This document shows, one piece after another, positions 7,259 to 16,094 of a stretch of DNA of 46,925 bases. The notes below the pieces were generated by a model, which did no database searches, had not been told where the DNA came from, and was given only the letters and a program-made list of their open reading frames with translations. Origin of the DNA: a virus (lineage: Duplodnaviria > Caudoviricetes); the IMG/VR virus record IMGVR_UViG_3300037311_000517, positions 1 through 46,925 of that record; one strand, given 5' to 3'. A program made the translations under genes and the position numbers. How positions within the stretch are numbered: the first letter of the stretch is position 1; every line of letters starts with the position of its first letter.

Positions 7259-9361
7259 GTGATCGTCCCAGGCTCCACCAATGCCGCAGGCGACCTCCTG
7301 CTGCGGCGGGAGCATGCGGCGCACGCCTATCAGGTCGAACAGTCGGTCGGGCTGCGCTCGCGCCTGGGCGCGTTCGTGCGCGACGCCTTTGTGCGCGCGA
7401 AGCGGCACAAGGAATCCGTGGTCTGGCGCAACGGCGCCAGCGTCCACGAAACGATGATGCGCTGCCTGCGCATGCGCCACAACGAGTACGACCCGGAACT
7501 GGCGCGCGCGCTGGACGGGATCGACGTGTATATGCCGCTGGCGTCGATGAAGATGCGCGCGGCGCAGGCGTGGATACGCGACACCCTGGCGAACGCGGAG
7601 GACAAGCCGTGGACGGTGGAGCCAACACCGATTCCCGAACTGTCCGACGCCGGCAAACTCGCGGCGCGACAAGCCTTCCTGCTGGAATTGCAGCGCAGCG
7701 GCGTCGAATTGCAGTACCTCGCGCCGTTTCAGGTGGAGGCGCGCATCAAGCAACTCGAAGACGTGGCGGCGGACATCGTGCTGGAGACGGCGCGCGATGC
7801 CTGCGGACGGATGGAGAAGCACATCGCCGACCAGCTCGAAGAAGGCGGCTGGCGCGAGGCGTTCGACGCGGCGATCGACGATCTGACGGTGTTCCCCGGT
7901 GCGGTCTTGAAGTCGCCCATCGTGCGCCGCGTGCAGGCGCCGCAGTGGGACGGCGAGCGGTTGCGGATCGTGGCGCGCACCAAGGTCCGGGTCGAGCGCG
8001 TCTCGCCGTTCGACCTGTACCCCGCGCCCGATGCGACGAACCCGCAGGACGGCAGCTACCTGTGCGAGCGCATGCCGATGACCGGCAAGGCGTTGTCGGA
8101 CTGCATCGGCCTGCCGAACTTCTCCGAGCGCGCGATCCGCACGGCGCTGACCCTGCATCCAGGTGGGTACGCCTGCGGCGACGTGGCGGCGAGCGAGCGG
8201 GCGCAGTTGGAGGGGTTGAGTCCTTCGCAGGCGTCGGGCGTGTCCGGGGCATCGTCGCAGGGCCACGACGGGACGTATGACGTGGTGGACTTCTGGGGGC
8301 GGGTGCCCGGCGCGGTGCTGCTGGAGTGGTGCCAACTCGAAGGATTGCATCCCAGCGCCGTGTTCGGCGAGCGCAGCATCGACCCGGACGCCTACTACGA
8401 GGCGAACGTCTGGCTGCTCGGCGATCTGGTGCTGCGCTCGCTGCTCAACCCGATTCCGACCGGGCAACGGCCGTATCAGGTGGCCTCGTTCTCGCGCTTG
8501 CCGGGGAGTTTCTGGGGCGAGGGACTCGGGCAGATCCTGCGCGATGTGCAGCGACAGGTGAACTCGGCCGCGCGCCGGCTGGTGCAGAACATGGCCTACG
8601 CTTCCGGCCCGATCGCGGAAATCAACCTCGATCTGCTCGACGAGAGCGAGGACGCACCGAATCTGGTGCGCCCCTACCGCGTGTTCTACACGCAAGGCGC
8701 GGGTAAGGGGCGCGCGATCAACATGGAGAAGATTCCGAGCGTCGCGGCGGAGTTGAACGCGGTGCTGCAAGCCTACTGGCGGCTCGCCGATGAAGTCAGC
8801 GGCGTGCCTGCCTACGCCTACGGCGGCACGACGCCGGCCTCGGGTGCGGCGGCGACGATGGGCGGCCTGAGTCTGCTCTACAACAGCGCGCTGCGCGGCA
8901 TCAAGCAGGCCATCGGCAACCTCGACAAGCATTTGATCGAGCCGACCATCGCCGCGTACTACCTGTTGAACATGCTGCTGAACCCCGATGCGAGCCTGAA
9001 GGCGGACGCGACGGTCGTCGCGCGCGGCGCGAAAGGCATCATGGCCCGCGAGATGCGTCAGGCGCGCACCGTGGAGACGTTGCAGGCGATCACGCCCTTC
9101 GCGCAAGGCGGTCTGCTGCCGCGCGAAGGCATCGTGAACCTGTTGCGCGACTGGGTGGGGCTGCAAGGCTTCAATCCCGATCTGATTTTCGGCAAGGCGG
9201 TTCCCATGAACACGCCGGGCGTGGTGCCATCGAACCCCGCGAATGCGGGCGAAGGCACGGGCGCGCGTGCGATGCCCTCCAGCACCCCCGCGACGGCGAT
9301 GCCGACGCTTGATGGCCGCCAGGGCAGCGTCGTCGATGCGCTGGCGGGCGATGCGATCTGA
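7259..9361 (+). CDS. Portal protein
   Basis: 700 aa directly after terL; ERVSPFDLYPAP, PGSFWGEG, N.AAR.LVQNMAYASGP and ADEVSGVP motifs typical of podovirus portals. Confidence 0.85.
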   Translation: MIVPGSTNAAGDLLLRREHAAHAYQVEQSVGLRSRLGAFVRDAFVRAKRHKESVVWRNGASVHETMMRCLRMRHNEYDPELARALDGIDVYMPLASMKMRAAQAWIRDTLANAEDKPWTVEPTPIPELSDAGKLAARQAFLLELQRSGVELQYLAPFQVEARIKQLEDVAADIVLETARDACGRMEKHIADQLEEGGWREAFDAAIDDLTVFPGAVLKSPIVRRVQAPQWDGERLRIVARTKVRVERVSPFDLYPAPDATNPQDGSYLCERMPMTGKALSDCIGLPNFSERAIRTALTLHPGGYACGDVAASERAQLEGLSPSQASGVSGASSQGHDGTYDVVDFWGRVPGAVLLEWCQLEGLHPSAVFGERSIDPDAYYEANVWLLGDLVLRSLLNPIPTGQRPYQVASFSRLPGSFWGEGLGQILRDVQRQVNSAARRLVQNMAYASGPIAEINLDLLDESEDAPNLVRPYRVFYTQGAGKGRAINMEKIPSVAAELNAVLQAYWRLADEVSGVPAYAYGGTTPASGAAATMGGLSLLYNSALRGIKQAIGNLDKHLIEPTIAAYYLLNMLLNPDASLKADATVVARGAKGIMAREMRQARTVETLQAITPFAQGGLLPREGIVNLLRDWVGLQGFNPDLIFGKAVPMNTPGVVPSNPANAGEGTGARAMPSSTPATAMPTLDGRQGSVVDALAGDAI

Positions 9362-9380
9362 CGATGGAGCACACAACCCC

Positions 9381-9716
9381 ATGAGAATGGACGGCGACGA
9401 ACTTCAGCCGGGCGACGCGGTGTTCGACATCGTGTACGGCCCCGGTTTCATTCACCGCATCGACACGCATGCGCAGGCGTTCTTCGTGCGCTTCGGCAAC
9501 CGCAGTGCCGGCTACCGGCCCGATGGCGTGAGCGACCGCGCGCAGCGACGCACGCTGTACTGGCAAGACCCTGTTGTGTTCGTGCCTGCGAAATCGCAAG
9601 CGAAGTGGCAGTTGCTGCTGCGGATGGTGCGCGCGCTGTGGCGCACGATCGAGCGCGATCCGCTGGTGGAAGTCATCGCGCAGGAGAACGTGCAGGGAGG
9701 TGGGCATGGCCCGTGA
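9381..9716 (+). CDS. Hypothetical phage protein
   Basis: GGAG RBS; GC3-rich codons; SH3-like start QPGDAVFDIVYGPG. Confidence 0.7.
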   Translation: MRMDGDELQPGDAVFDIVYGPGFIHRIDTHAQAFFVRFGNRSAGYRPDGVSDRAQRRTLYWQDPVVFVPAKSQAKWQLLLRMVRALWRTIERDPLVEVIAQENVQGGGHGP

Positions 9717-10086
9717 AGGCTTCCTGTACTACGGCGCGCTGCCGACGCTGGCGGATGAGGCGCCGAATGTCGAAGTGACGTTCGCGCCCGTGATCCTGCG
9801 CTTTGCGGGCCACGGCTGCGCCGAAGTCGAAATGCTTGTCCACCCGCGCATCAAGGATCAGGCGGACGCCTGCTGCGCGCCGCCGAGCGCGCCGGAGTTG
9901 TGGACGACCTACCGCCTCGACGGCTGCAAGACGGTGCTGTGCGAACGCCATAACCAGGTGGTGCTGGCGATTCCGGGCACGTATCGCGTGCGTGTGTGCC
10001 GGGGCGACCTGGACACGGTTGTGTATTGGGAAGAATCCGAGGCGTTGGCGAACCGGGCGTTGTTGCCGGTGCCAACGGCTCACTGA
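9706..10086 (+). CDS. Cys-rich hypothetical virion protein, paralog of 13169..13567
   Basis: GGAGG RBS; 6 Cys; NQVVLAIPGTYRV resembles TQLAVVLPGRYRL of 13169..13567. Confidence 0.72.
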   Translation: MAREGFLYYGALPTLADEAPNVEVTFAPVILRFAGHGCAEVEMLVHPRIKDQADACCAPPSAPELWTTYRLDGCKTVLCERHNQVVLAIPGTYRVRVCRGDLDTVVYWEESEALANRALLPVPTAH

Positions 10087-10099
10087 GCGAGGAACACGC

Positions 10100-10708
10100 A
10101 TGTCCTGTTGCGACGAGATCAACATCGACGGCACGACCGTCCGCAATCTGACCCTGCTGCAACCGCAGATCATCGGCGGTGCGCTGCTGGGAACCATGAT
10201 CGGCACCGATTGCCGGGGTGCGCCCGTCCTGGCCGGGCAAACGCCGCTGGCGACGTGCGCGGACTTGGCCGCCGCCATCGACGGCCTGCCGACACCCGGC
10301 GCCAGTGTGCGCGTGACCGCCGTTACCTTCACCGCCGATGGCCGTCTGGTCATTTCGTTGTCCGATGGTACGCACGTCGAAACGCCGACGCCTGCATCGC
10401 TGACGACCGATCAAGTCGCGGCGGTGTTTCGGACCTGTGCAGGTCAGGCGCATACGCCCGGCACGCGCGTTCCAACGTGTGCGGAAATGCAGGACGCGAT
10501 CGACACCGCGACAACCGGCGCACGCATCGGCATCACGGGCGCCAACCCGCCTGCGACCAGCGAGAAGGACACCCTGCCGACGACGATCTATGGCGGGCGC
10601 GACGGGCTGCTGGGCCGTCCCATCGGCTGGGTGAACATCGGCGGCTACGTGCTGCCGTACTACGCCTTCGTCGATTGCGGCGCTGCCGCCGCCGTCGAAA
10701 ACCACTGA
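10100..10708 (+). CDS. Cys-motif fibre/appendage-like protein
   Basis: GAGGA RBS; carries the CAG..H.PG...P.CAE motif shared with the next two genes; fibre-like DGRLVISLSDGT. Confidence 0.75.
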   Translation: MSCCDEINIDGTTVRNLTLLQPQIIGGALLGTMIGTDCRGAPVLAGQTPLATCADLAAAIDGLPTPGASVRVTAVTFTADGRLVISLSDGTHVETPTPASLTTDQVAAVFRTCAGQAHTPGTRVPTCAEMQDAIDTATTGARIGITGANPPATSEKDTLPTTIYGGRDGLLGRPIGWVNIGGYVLPYYAFVDCGAAAAVENH

Positions 10709-10736
10709 CCGCGCCCGCACACACACGGAGCCGTAC

Positions 10737-11045
10737 ATGGCCGAACACCGCCCCCTCACATACGACGCGGGCGAACACCGCCCGTTCGCCGCAGGCGACA
10801 CGGTGCCGGTGGATACGGTGCCGGGTGGTGGATTCGCCGCCGCGTTCGTCTCCTGCGCCGGCCACGCGCACGCGCCGGGCGCGGCGATTCCGCTGTGCGC
10901 GGAGATGCGTACCGCGATTGAAACCGCCCTTCTGCAAGCCCTCGCCCGACTGACCGAAGGGACGGGCATCCGAATCACCGTGCGCGCCGATGGCACCTAT
11001 CTGCTGACCAACACCTGTTGCGATCAGTCCCACGTCGAATTCTGA
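10737..11045 (+). CDS. Short paralog of the N-terminus of 11056..12690
   Basis: RPL.Y..G.H.PFA.GDT.P.D, CAG..HAPG.AIP.CAE, G.GI.ITV and TNTCCD are all shared. Confidence 0.8.
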   Translation: MAEHRPLTYDAGEHRPFAAGDTVPVDTVPGGGFAAAFVSCAGHAHAPGAAIPLCAEMRTAIETALLQALARLTEGTGIRITVRADGTYLLTNTCCDQSHVEF

Positions 11046-11055
11046 CGGAGTTCCC

Positions 11056-12690
11056 ATGCCCGAACGTCGCCCCCTGAAATACGAACGCGGACAGCACACG
11101 CCGTTCGCGCCCGGCGATACCCTGCCGCCGGACGTGATTCCGCCGGAATCCTTCGCGCGCGTGTTCAAGACCTGTGCCGGCGCGGATCATGCGCCCGGCA
11201 ACGCGATTCCGACCTGTGCGGAACTGGCCGACGCGATCGAACTGGCGCAGCAACATTTCCTGAATCGGATTGTCGCCGGCCCCGGTATCGCGATCACGGT
11301 CGGGCCGGGCGGGTCGCGGATCATCACGAACACCTGTTGCGACTCGCAGCACACCCTGGTCGGCGTGGTGCCGCTGGCGACGCCCATCGTCGAAGGGCAG
11401 GCCGCGTGCTGGCGGATCGAGGTGACGCCCGTCGTCGCCGGGAGCGATCTTGGGCTGTCCCTGAGCCTGTTCGGCTCGGAGCAGGCATTGCGCGGCTATC
11501 CCGCGCCGGTCGGCGTCGTCATCCCGGCCGGGCAGACGACCGTGGAGGTGTGCGTGGCGACGCTCGACGACGGCACGGTGCTGGGTACGCGCGAACTGTG
11601 TCTCCAGGTCGATGCACCGCGCTTGTCGCAAGGCGGCAACGCGTGCGTCGCGATCCTCGACAACGACACCGCGCCGCCCTCGACGCATACGATTACGGCG
11701 GTCAACGTCTCGCCCGGTTACACCGTGCCCGAGGGCACCAACGTCTGTTGGGAGATCGTGCTGGATGCACCCGTGACGGGCGCGGCGGTCACGATCCCAG
11801 TGTCGCTGTCCGGCGACGAACAGGCGATCCACGGCTATCCCATCGCCTCGCCGCTGACTATTCCTATCGGTCAGTCGCGCGCGAGCGTGTGCGTGCAGAC
11901 CAGCGACGACGCGATCGACGAACCGGATCGCGAATTGGCATTCGACATCGGCACCACGCCGCGCATTCCGACGTTTCCAGGTGGGCGCGTGCCGGTGACG
12001 ATCACCGACAACGACGCGACACTCGCGCTGATCGACATCACCAGCGATCACCCCGGCGCGGTGTCGCCGGGCGAGACGGTGTGCTGGACGGTCTATCTCA
12101 ACGGCATGGCGCCTGCGGGTGGATTCCCGTTCGTCGTCACCGTCAGCGGCACCATCGTCGATGGCGGTCAAGTCTGCGCCAGCTACGACGGCGCGGCCAA
12201 TGGGCCGATCCTGACCACGCTGTCCGGGCAGATCGTCGCGGGTGCGGCGACGGCGACGGTCTGCCATCTGTTGCCGGCGACGCCGGGATTGCCAGCCGGC
12301 GCGCTCGCGCGCGATGCGGGGCAGTGCTTCGCGATGGACTGCTCGCCGCCGAATCCCAATGTCTACACCGCCGATCTGACGATCGCACCGAACGGCGACA
12401 TCGGCGGCGCGGCGGCGGGCGCGGGCGGCAACTGGATCGGCAGCAGTGGTGCGAATCCGGCCGATTTTGAGGTGCGCGTCAGCGGCGCCTTGTCGGGTGG
12501 TCCCGATGGGCTGGATGCGTGGTTGTCGCTGGGCGCGGCACGCGCCTGGACGCGCACCCTTGGCTGCGGCACCAGCGCATTGATCGGCGGCCGGGTGCAG
12601 ATCCGCCGCAGCAGTGACCAGCAATTCGTCGTGGACGAACCCTACGGCGGCTATCAGGTCTTCACGGGCGTCAACGCCGTCTGCCCGTAA
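11056..12690 (+). CDS. Calx-beta/Ig-like repeat adhesin-type virion protein (possible receptor-binding or head fibre)
   Basis: Two clear repeats (V.EG...IP.GQ....V.T.DD...I.DND) plus a third degenerate one; about 17 Cys; C-terminal AWLSL domain. Confidence 0.8.
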   Translation: MPERRPLKYERGQHTPFAPGDTLPPDVIPPESFARVFKTCAGADHAPGNAIPTCAELADAIELAQQHFLNRIVAGPGIAITVGPGGSRIITNTCCDSQHTLVGVVPLATPIVEGQAACWRIEVTPVVAGSDLGLSLSLFGSEQALRGYPAPVGVVIPAGQTTVEVCVATLDDGTVLGTRELCLQVDAPRLSQGGNACVAILDNDTAPPSTHTITAVNVSPGYTVPEGTNVCWEIVLDAPVTGAAVTIPVSLSGDEQAIHGYPIASPLTIPIGQSRASVCVQTSDDAIDEPDRELAFDIGTTPRIPTFPGGRVPVTITDNDATLALIDITSDHPGAVSPGETVCWTVYLNGMAPAGGFPFVVTVSGTIVDGGQVCASYDGAANGPILTTLSGQIVAGAATATVCHLLPATPGLPAGALARDAGQCFAMDCSPPNPNVYTADLTIAPNGDIGGAAAGAGGNWIGSSGANPADFEVRVSGALSGGPDGLDAWLSLGAARAWTRTLGCGTSALIGGRVQIRRSSDQQFVVDEPYGGYQVFTGVNAVCP

Positions 12691-12708
12691 CCTATCGAGA
12701 CGAACACT

Positions 12709-13161
12709 ATGGCGAATATCGTGTGCAACCCCGTGGTCGTGACGGCGACCTCCGGCTTTCCCTTCGAGATGATCGCGGGTGGCTGTTACGTCACCAACGG
12801 CGGGGACGGGACATCGGTGCAGTATTTCATCGACGTGCGCCAGGACGGGCGGGTGACGGAAGGCTCCAGTCTCGCGCTTGTGACGCCGGGCAATCGCGGG
12901 CGCTGGCTCGCGTCCGGCGATGCGGCGGCGAACTACGAATTGCGCGTCGCCAGCGGCCACGCCCCCGATGGCGTTGCGGTCGGCGCGTGGTTGTCGCTCG
13001 CGGCGGGGCAGTTCCTGAGTTGGTCGTACACGCTTTCCGGCGCCTCCGGCGGCCGGTTCGTGTCGGCGACGATCGAATTGCGCCGCGTGAGCGATGGCGT
13101 CGTCATCGACACCGCGACCGTGGACACCGTGCAACTCGGCGTCAACGTCGAGTGCGTGTGA
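12709..13161 (+). CDS. Stand-alone paralog of the C-terminal domain of 11056..12690
   Basis: GRWL...ANYELRV...AWLSL...IELRRVSD aligns by eye with GNWI...ADFEVRV...AWLSL...VQIRRSSD; both end in VN..C. Confidence 0.8.
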   Translation: MANIVCNPVVVTATSGFPFEMIAGGCYVTNGGDGTSVQYFIDVRQDGRVTEGSSLALVTPGNRGRWLASGDAAANYELRVASGHAPDGVAVGAWLSLAAGQFLSWSYTLSGASGGRFVSATIELRRVSDGVVIDTATVDTVQLGVNVECV

Positions 13162-13168
13162 GGCGGGC

Positions 13169-13567
13169 ATGAGCAGCATTTTCGATGTGCCGACCTGCAC
13201 GCCCGGCATCCTGGGCTACGCCGGCCAGCCGAACGGCCGCCGCGACGACGTGTACCTGTCGCCGGATTCCGAATCGGTCGAGTCGCCGGAGTTCGAGGTG
13301 ATCGCGCCGGCCGCGATCGTCTCGGCGTTCGATCTGAAACCGGGCCAGCGCGTGCGCGTGGACATGGTGACGGGTTATCGCGACACCACGCTGTATGCGC
13401 CCTCGATCCACCACGGCCAGCCGCTGCAACTCGATCCGACCAATACCCAACTCGCGGTCGTGCTGCCGGGCCGGTATCGGCTCGTCGCCGAAGGCGTGGT
13501 CCCCGGCATCGACATGCCGACCGTGATCGTCCTGCGCCGCAACGGCGTGACGCAGGCGCTGGCATGA
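13169..13567 (+). CDS. Hypothetical virion protein, paralog of 9706..10086
   Basis: GAGG RBS; ATGA overlap with the next gene; LPGRYRL motif. Confidence 0.75.
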   Translation: MSSIFDVPTCTPGILGYAGQPNGRRDDVYLSPDSESVESPEFEVIAPAAIVSAFDLKPGQRVRVDMVTGYRDTTLYAPSIHHGQPLQLDPTNTQLAVVLPGRYRLVAEGVVPGIDMPTVIVLRRNGVTQALA

Positions 13568-13860
13568 GCCGCAGCATGTTGCCTGAGAGCCCATCGCGCG
13601 ATCCACAGCGCGAACTCGCGCGCGTGCGCGATGCGATCCGTTCGCTGTCCGCCAATGCCAATGCGTGGCGCATCTTCGTCGCGCATCTGGCGCAACTCGA
13701 TCAACACGCGGCCGAACGCCTCGTCGGCATGGACGACAAAGACGACATGTTGCGCCAGCAGGGCGCGGCGCGCGCCATTCGACAACTCTATGCGCTGGCG
13801 GCCTCCGCCGCCAGCGCCCCGCACACCGCCGCAACGGCGTCGCACGACCCGCTGCTGTAG
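13564..13860 (+). CDS. Small helical phage protein upstream of scaffold
   Basis: Coupled start; ERLV....MLRQQGAARAI motif like the small pre-scaffold proteins of podoviruses. Confidence 0.75.
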   Translation: MSRSMLPESPSRDPQRELARVRDAIRSLSANANAWRIFVAHLAQLDQHAAERLVGMDDKDDMLRQQGAARAIRQLYALAASAASAPHTAATASHDPLL

Positions 13861-13867
13861 TGCCACC

Positions 13868-13889
13868 CCGGCGCAAGCCGGCGTTTCTT
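13868..13889 (+). terminator. Possible weak terminator
   Basis: CCGGC-GCAA-GCCGG then CGTTTCTT. Confidence 0.45.
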
Positions 13890-13896
13890 CCTCCCA

Positions 13897-14006
13897 GGAA
13901 TACCGACGACGCCCGCAGCGCGTCGCGCTGGAATACCGATGCCCACCGGCTGGCCAGCCGCGTGCCACGGCTCCGGCGCGACGACGCGCGGGTCGCACGC
14001 GGCTCC
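13897..14006 (+). promoter_or_regulatory. Structured RNA leader of the scaffold gene
   Basis: Long rod hairpin with two nested GGAATACCG/CGGCTCC internal-loop motifs. Confidence 0.6.
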
Positions 14007-14021
14007 GATCCCGAGGTTCCC

Positions 14022-15059
14022 ATGTCCGATTTTTTCTCGCTTGAACAACTGCAACAGCAGGCTGACGCCACGACGGGTGCCGCGCGCACGCCGCCGACGC
14101 CGGCCCCTGACACGCCTCCCTCACCCGCCGCACCCGTCGCGACACCGGCTCCGCCGGCCGCGCCAGATGCGCAATACGTCGATCTCCAGCAGTGGCGACC
14201 CGGCCCGGATGCGTCCGCGCCCGATACCGTCGCGCCGCCGGCCGACGATGCGAAGTGGGAAGCCCGCTATCACGCCCTGAAGGGCAAGTACGACGCCGAA
14301 GTGCCGCGTCTGTCCGAAGAAGTCCGCGCCCTCAAGGGGCAGGTCGGGCAGGGCGGCGGCATCGACACGGCCGCCGAACTCCAACTGCTGCGCGATCTGA
14401 CCCAGCGGCAGGCGCAGGAACTCGACACGTTCAAGCAAACCGCTCCGACCGGCACCGCGCGTGACCCTGCGGCGGCGACGGGCCTGGGCGACTTGAACGA
14501 CGATGATCTGGCGTTCGAGTTTGGCGAGAACGGCGCCAAGGCCATCCGTGCGCTCTTGACCAAGGTCGATGGCTTGCAGCAGCAAGTCACCGAACAGGTC
14601 AAGCCGCTGGAAACGCGCCTGACGCAGACCGAAACCCACAGCTTCCGCGAACGTCTCGCCCAGCGCCTCGGCGCTGCGCAGTCGGTGTTCCAGGACGGCG
14701 AGTGGGCGGGCTTCGTGTTCCAGCCGATCCCCTTCGGCGGCGGCAAGACCTTCAATCAGGCGCTGCAAGAAGCGGACGCCCGCCGCGACATCGACGGCAT
14801 CGTCGAAATCGTGCAGGCGTTCCAGCAGCGCAAGGCATCCCCCTCTGATCGCACCTCCGCACCTTCGGCGCTGGACGCGCTTGCCGTGCCCGACCGCATC
14901 CATGCGGGCGGCGCACCGGCTGCCAGCCAGCGATTCCGGGGCGGCGACATGGACGCGATGATGGGGTTGTGGCAACGCGGGCAAAAGACGTTTCAGGAGC
15001 TTCAGCAGTTCGAGCGCGCTTTCCAGCAGGCGCTACGCGAGGGGCGTGTCGATCCCTGA
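14022..15059 (+). CDS. Capsid scaffolding protein
   Basis: Pro/Ala-rich N-terminus; WEARYHALKGKYDAEVPRL coiled coil; directly upstream of the capsid gene; GAGG RBS. Confidence 0.78.
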   Translation: MSDFFSLEQLQQQADATTGAARTPPTPAPDTPPSPAAPVATPAPPAAPDAQYVDLQQWRPGPDASAPDTVAPPADDAKWEARYHALKGKYDAEVPRLSEEVRALKGQVGQGGGIDTAAELQLLRDLTQRQAQELDTFKQTAPTGTARDPAAATGLGDLNDDDLAFEFGENGAKAIRALLTKVDGLQQQVTEQVKPLETRLTQTETHSFRERLAQRLGAAQSVFQDGEWAGFVFQPIPFGGGKTFNQALQEADARRDIDGIVEIVQAFQQRKASPSDRTSAPSALDALAVPDRIHAGGAPAASQRFRGGDMDAMMGLWQRGQKTFQELQQFERAFQQALREGRVDP

Positions 15060-15133
15060 CGGGTGACGTAGACCCCCTCGTTTGAGGGCCGTGGACAGCG
15101 CATTCCCAACGCTGACTCACGGAGATTCGTTCC

Positions 15134-16084
15134 ATGACCATTCCCGCCGCGACCGGCTACCCGCAATACAGCGGGTCGCTGATCCAGCCGCATTTCTATC
15201 CGCGCTTCCTCATGCGTTCGTATGCCGAAACGCTGATGAAGGACATCACCACCACCGCCTACACCGGGCAATTGCGCCAGTTCGGCGACCAGATCACCTT
15301 CCAGCGCGAGCCGGTCGCGCGTATCCACCGCTACCAGAAGAACCTCCGGCTCCAGACCGACACCCCCGAGATCGACACCACCACACTCACCGTGGACGAG
15401 GGCTTCTACTGGAACTACAAGCTCGATCGCGTCGATGTGAAGCAGATCCGCAATGCGGACGAACTGCAAAACGTCCTCATTACATCGGGCGGCCGTTCGG
15501 TCGGTTACGCGCAGGAAAAGTCGATCCTCGCCAAGATGATCCGCGATGCCGCGCCCTACAACAAAGGCATCAACGCCGGCCTCATCAGCCGCAACGTCAA
15601 CCTGGGCGCGGTCGGCAATCCGTTGCAGATCACGGGCGGCAATTTCCTGGAGTTCTTCGCCCGCTGCAACCAAGTCATGTGCGAAAGCAACGTCTGGGAA
15701 GCGAGCGAGATGTTCATGATCTTGCCCCCGGCCTCGACGGCGGCGCTGTTCACATCGCCCTTGTCCAATGCCTTCGTCACCGGCTTGCCGCGCAGCTTCA
15801 TCGTCGATTCCAGCGGCAAGCCCATGCGCCACATCGAACCGGCCGGCTTCCGCCTGCTCGGCTCGAACTTCGTCCCGACCGTCTACGACACGACGGCGAA
15901 CGCGCAGTGCAGCTTCGTCATCTTCGGCCGCCGCATGGCGACCGGCTACGTGCAGCAGCTCTCCGATGCGGATGTCATCAAGTCCGAACACTTCTTCGGC
16001 AGCTACTTCCGTGGCCTGTCGATCTTCGGCCACAAGCCGCTGTTCCCCGAACAACTCGGCGTCGCCTACGTGCGATTCAACTGA
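15134..16084 (+). CDS. Major capsid protein (HK97 fold, P22-coat-like)
   Basis: GYPQYSGSLI.P; Y.G.L...GD.I; TLTVDEG.Y; FG...RGL.IFG.K...PE.L; strongly biased codons; follows the scaffold gene. Confidence 0.88.
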   Translation: MTIPAATGYPQYSGSLIQPHFYPRFLMRSYAETLMKDITTTAYTGQLRQFGDQITFQREPVARIHRYQKNLRLQTDTPEIDTTTLTVDEGFYWNYKLDRVDVKQIRNADELQNVLITSGGRSVGYAQEKSILAKMIRDAAPYNKGINAGLISRNVNLGAVGNPLQITGGNFLEFFARCNQVMCESNVWEASEMFMILPPASTAALFTSPLSNAFVTGLPRSFIVDSSGKPMRHIEPAGFRLLGSNFVPTVYDTTANAQCSFVIFGRRMATGYVQQLSDADVIKSEHFFGSYFRGLSIFGHKPLFPEQLGVAYVRFN

Positions 16085-16094
16085 GGAGACCTTC

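Noticed and set aside
10100-13161. Diversity-generating retroelement acting on the fibre tips
   Set aside because: No reverse transcriptase in the window, and the paralogous segments differ at all base types rather than only at adenines.
7118-13209. Long minus-strand ORFs (754 aa, 381 aa, 744 aa)
   Set aside because: Arg/His-rich shadows of the portal and appendage genes, which have RBSs and recognisable motifs on the + strand.
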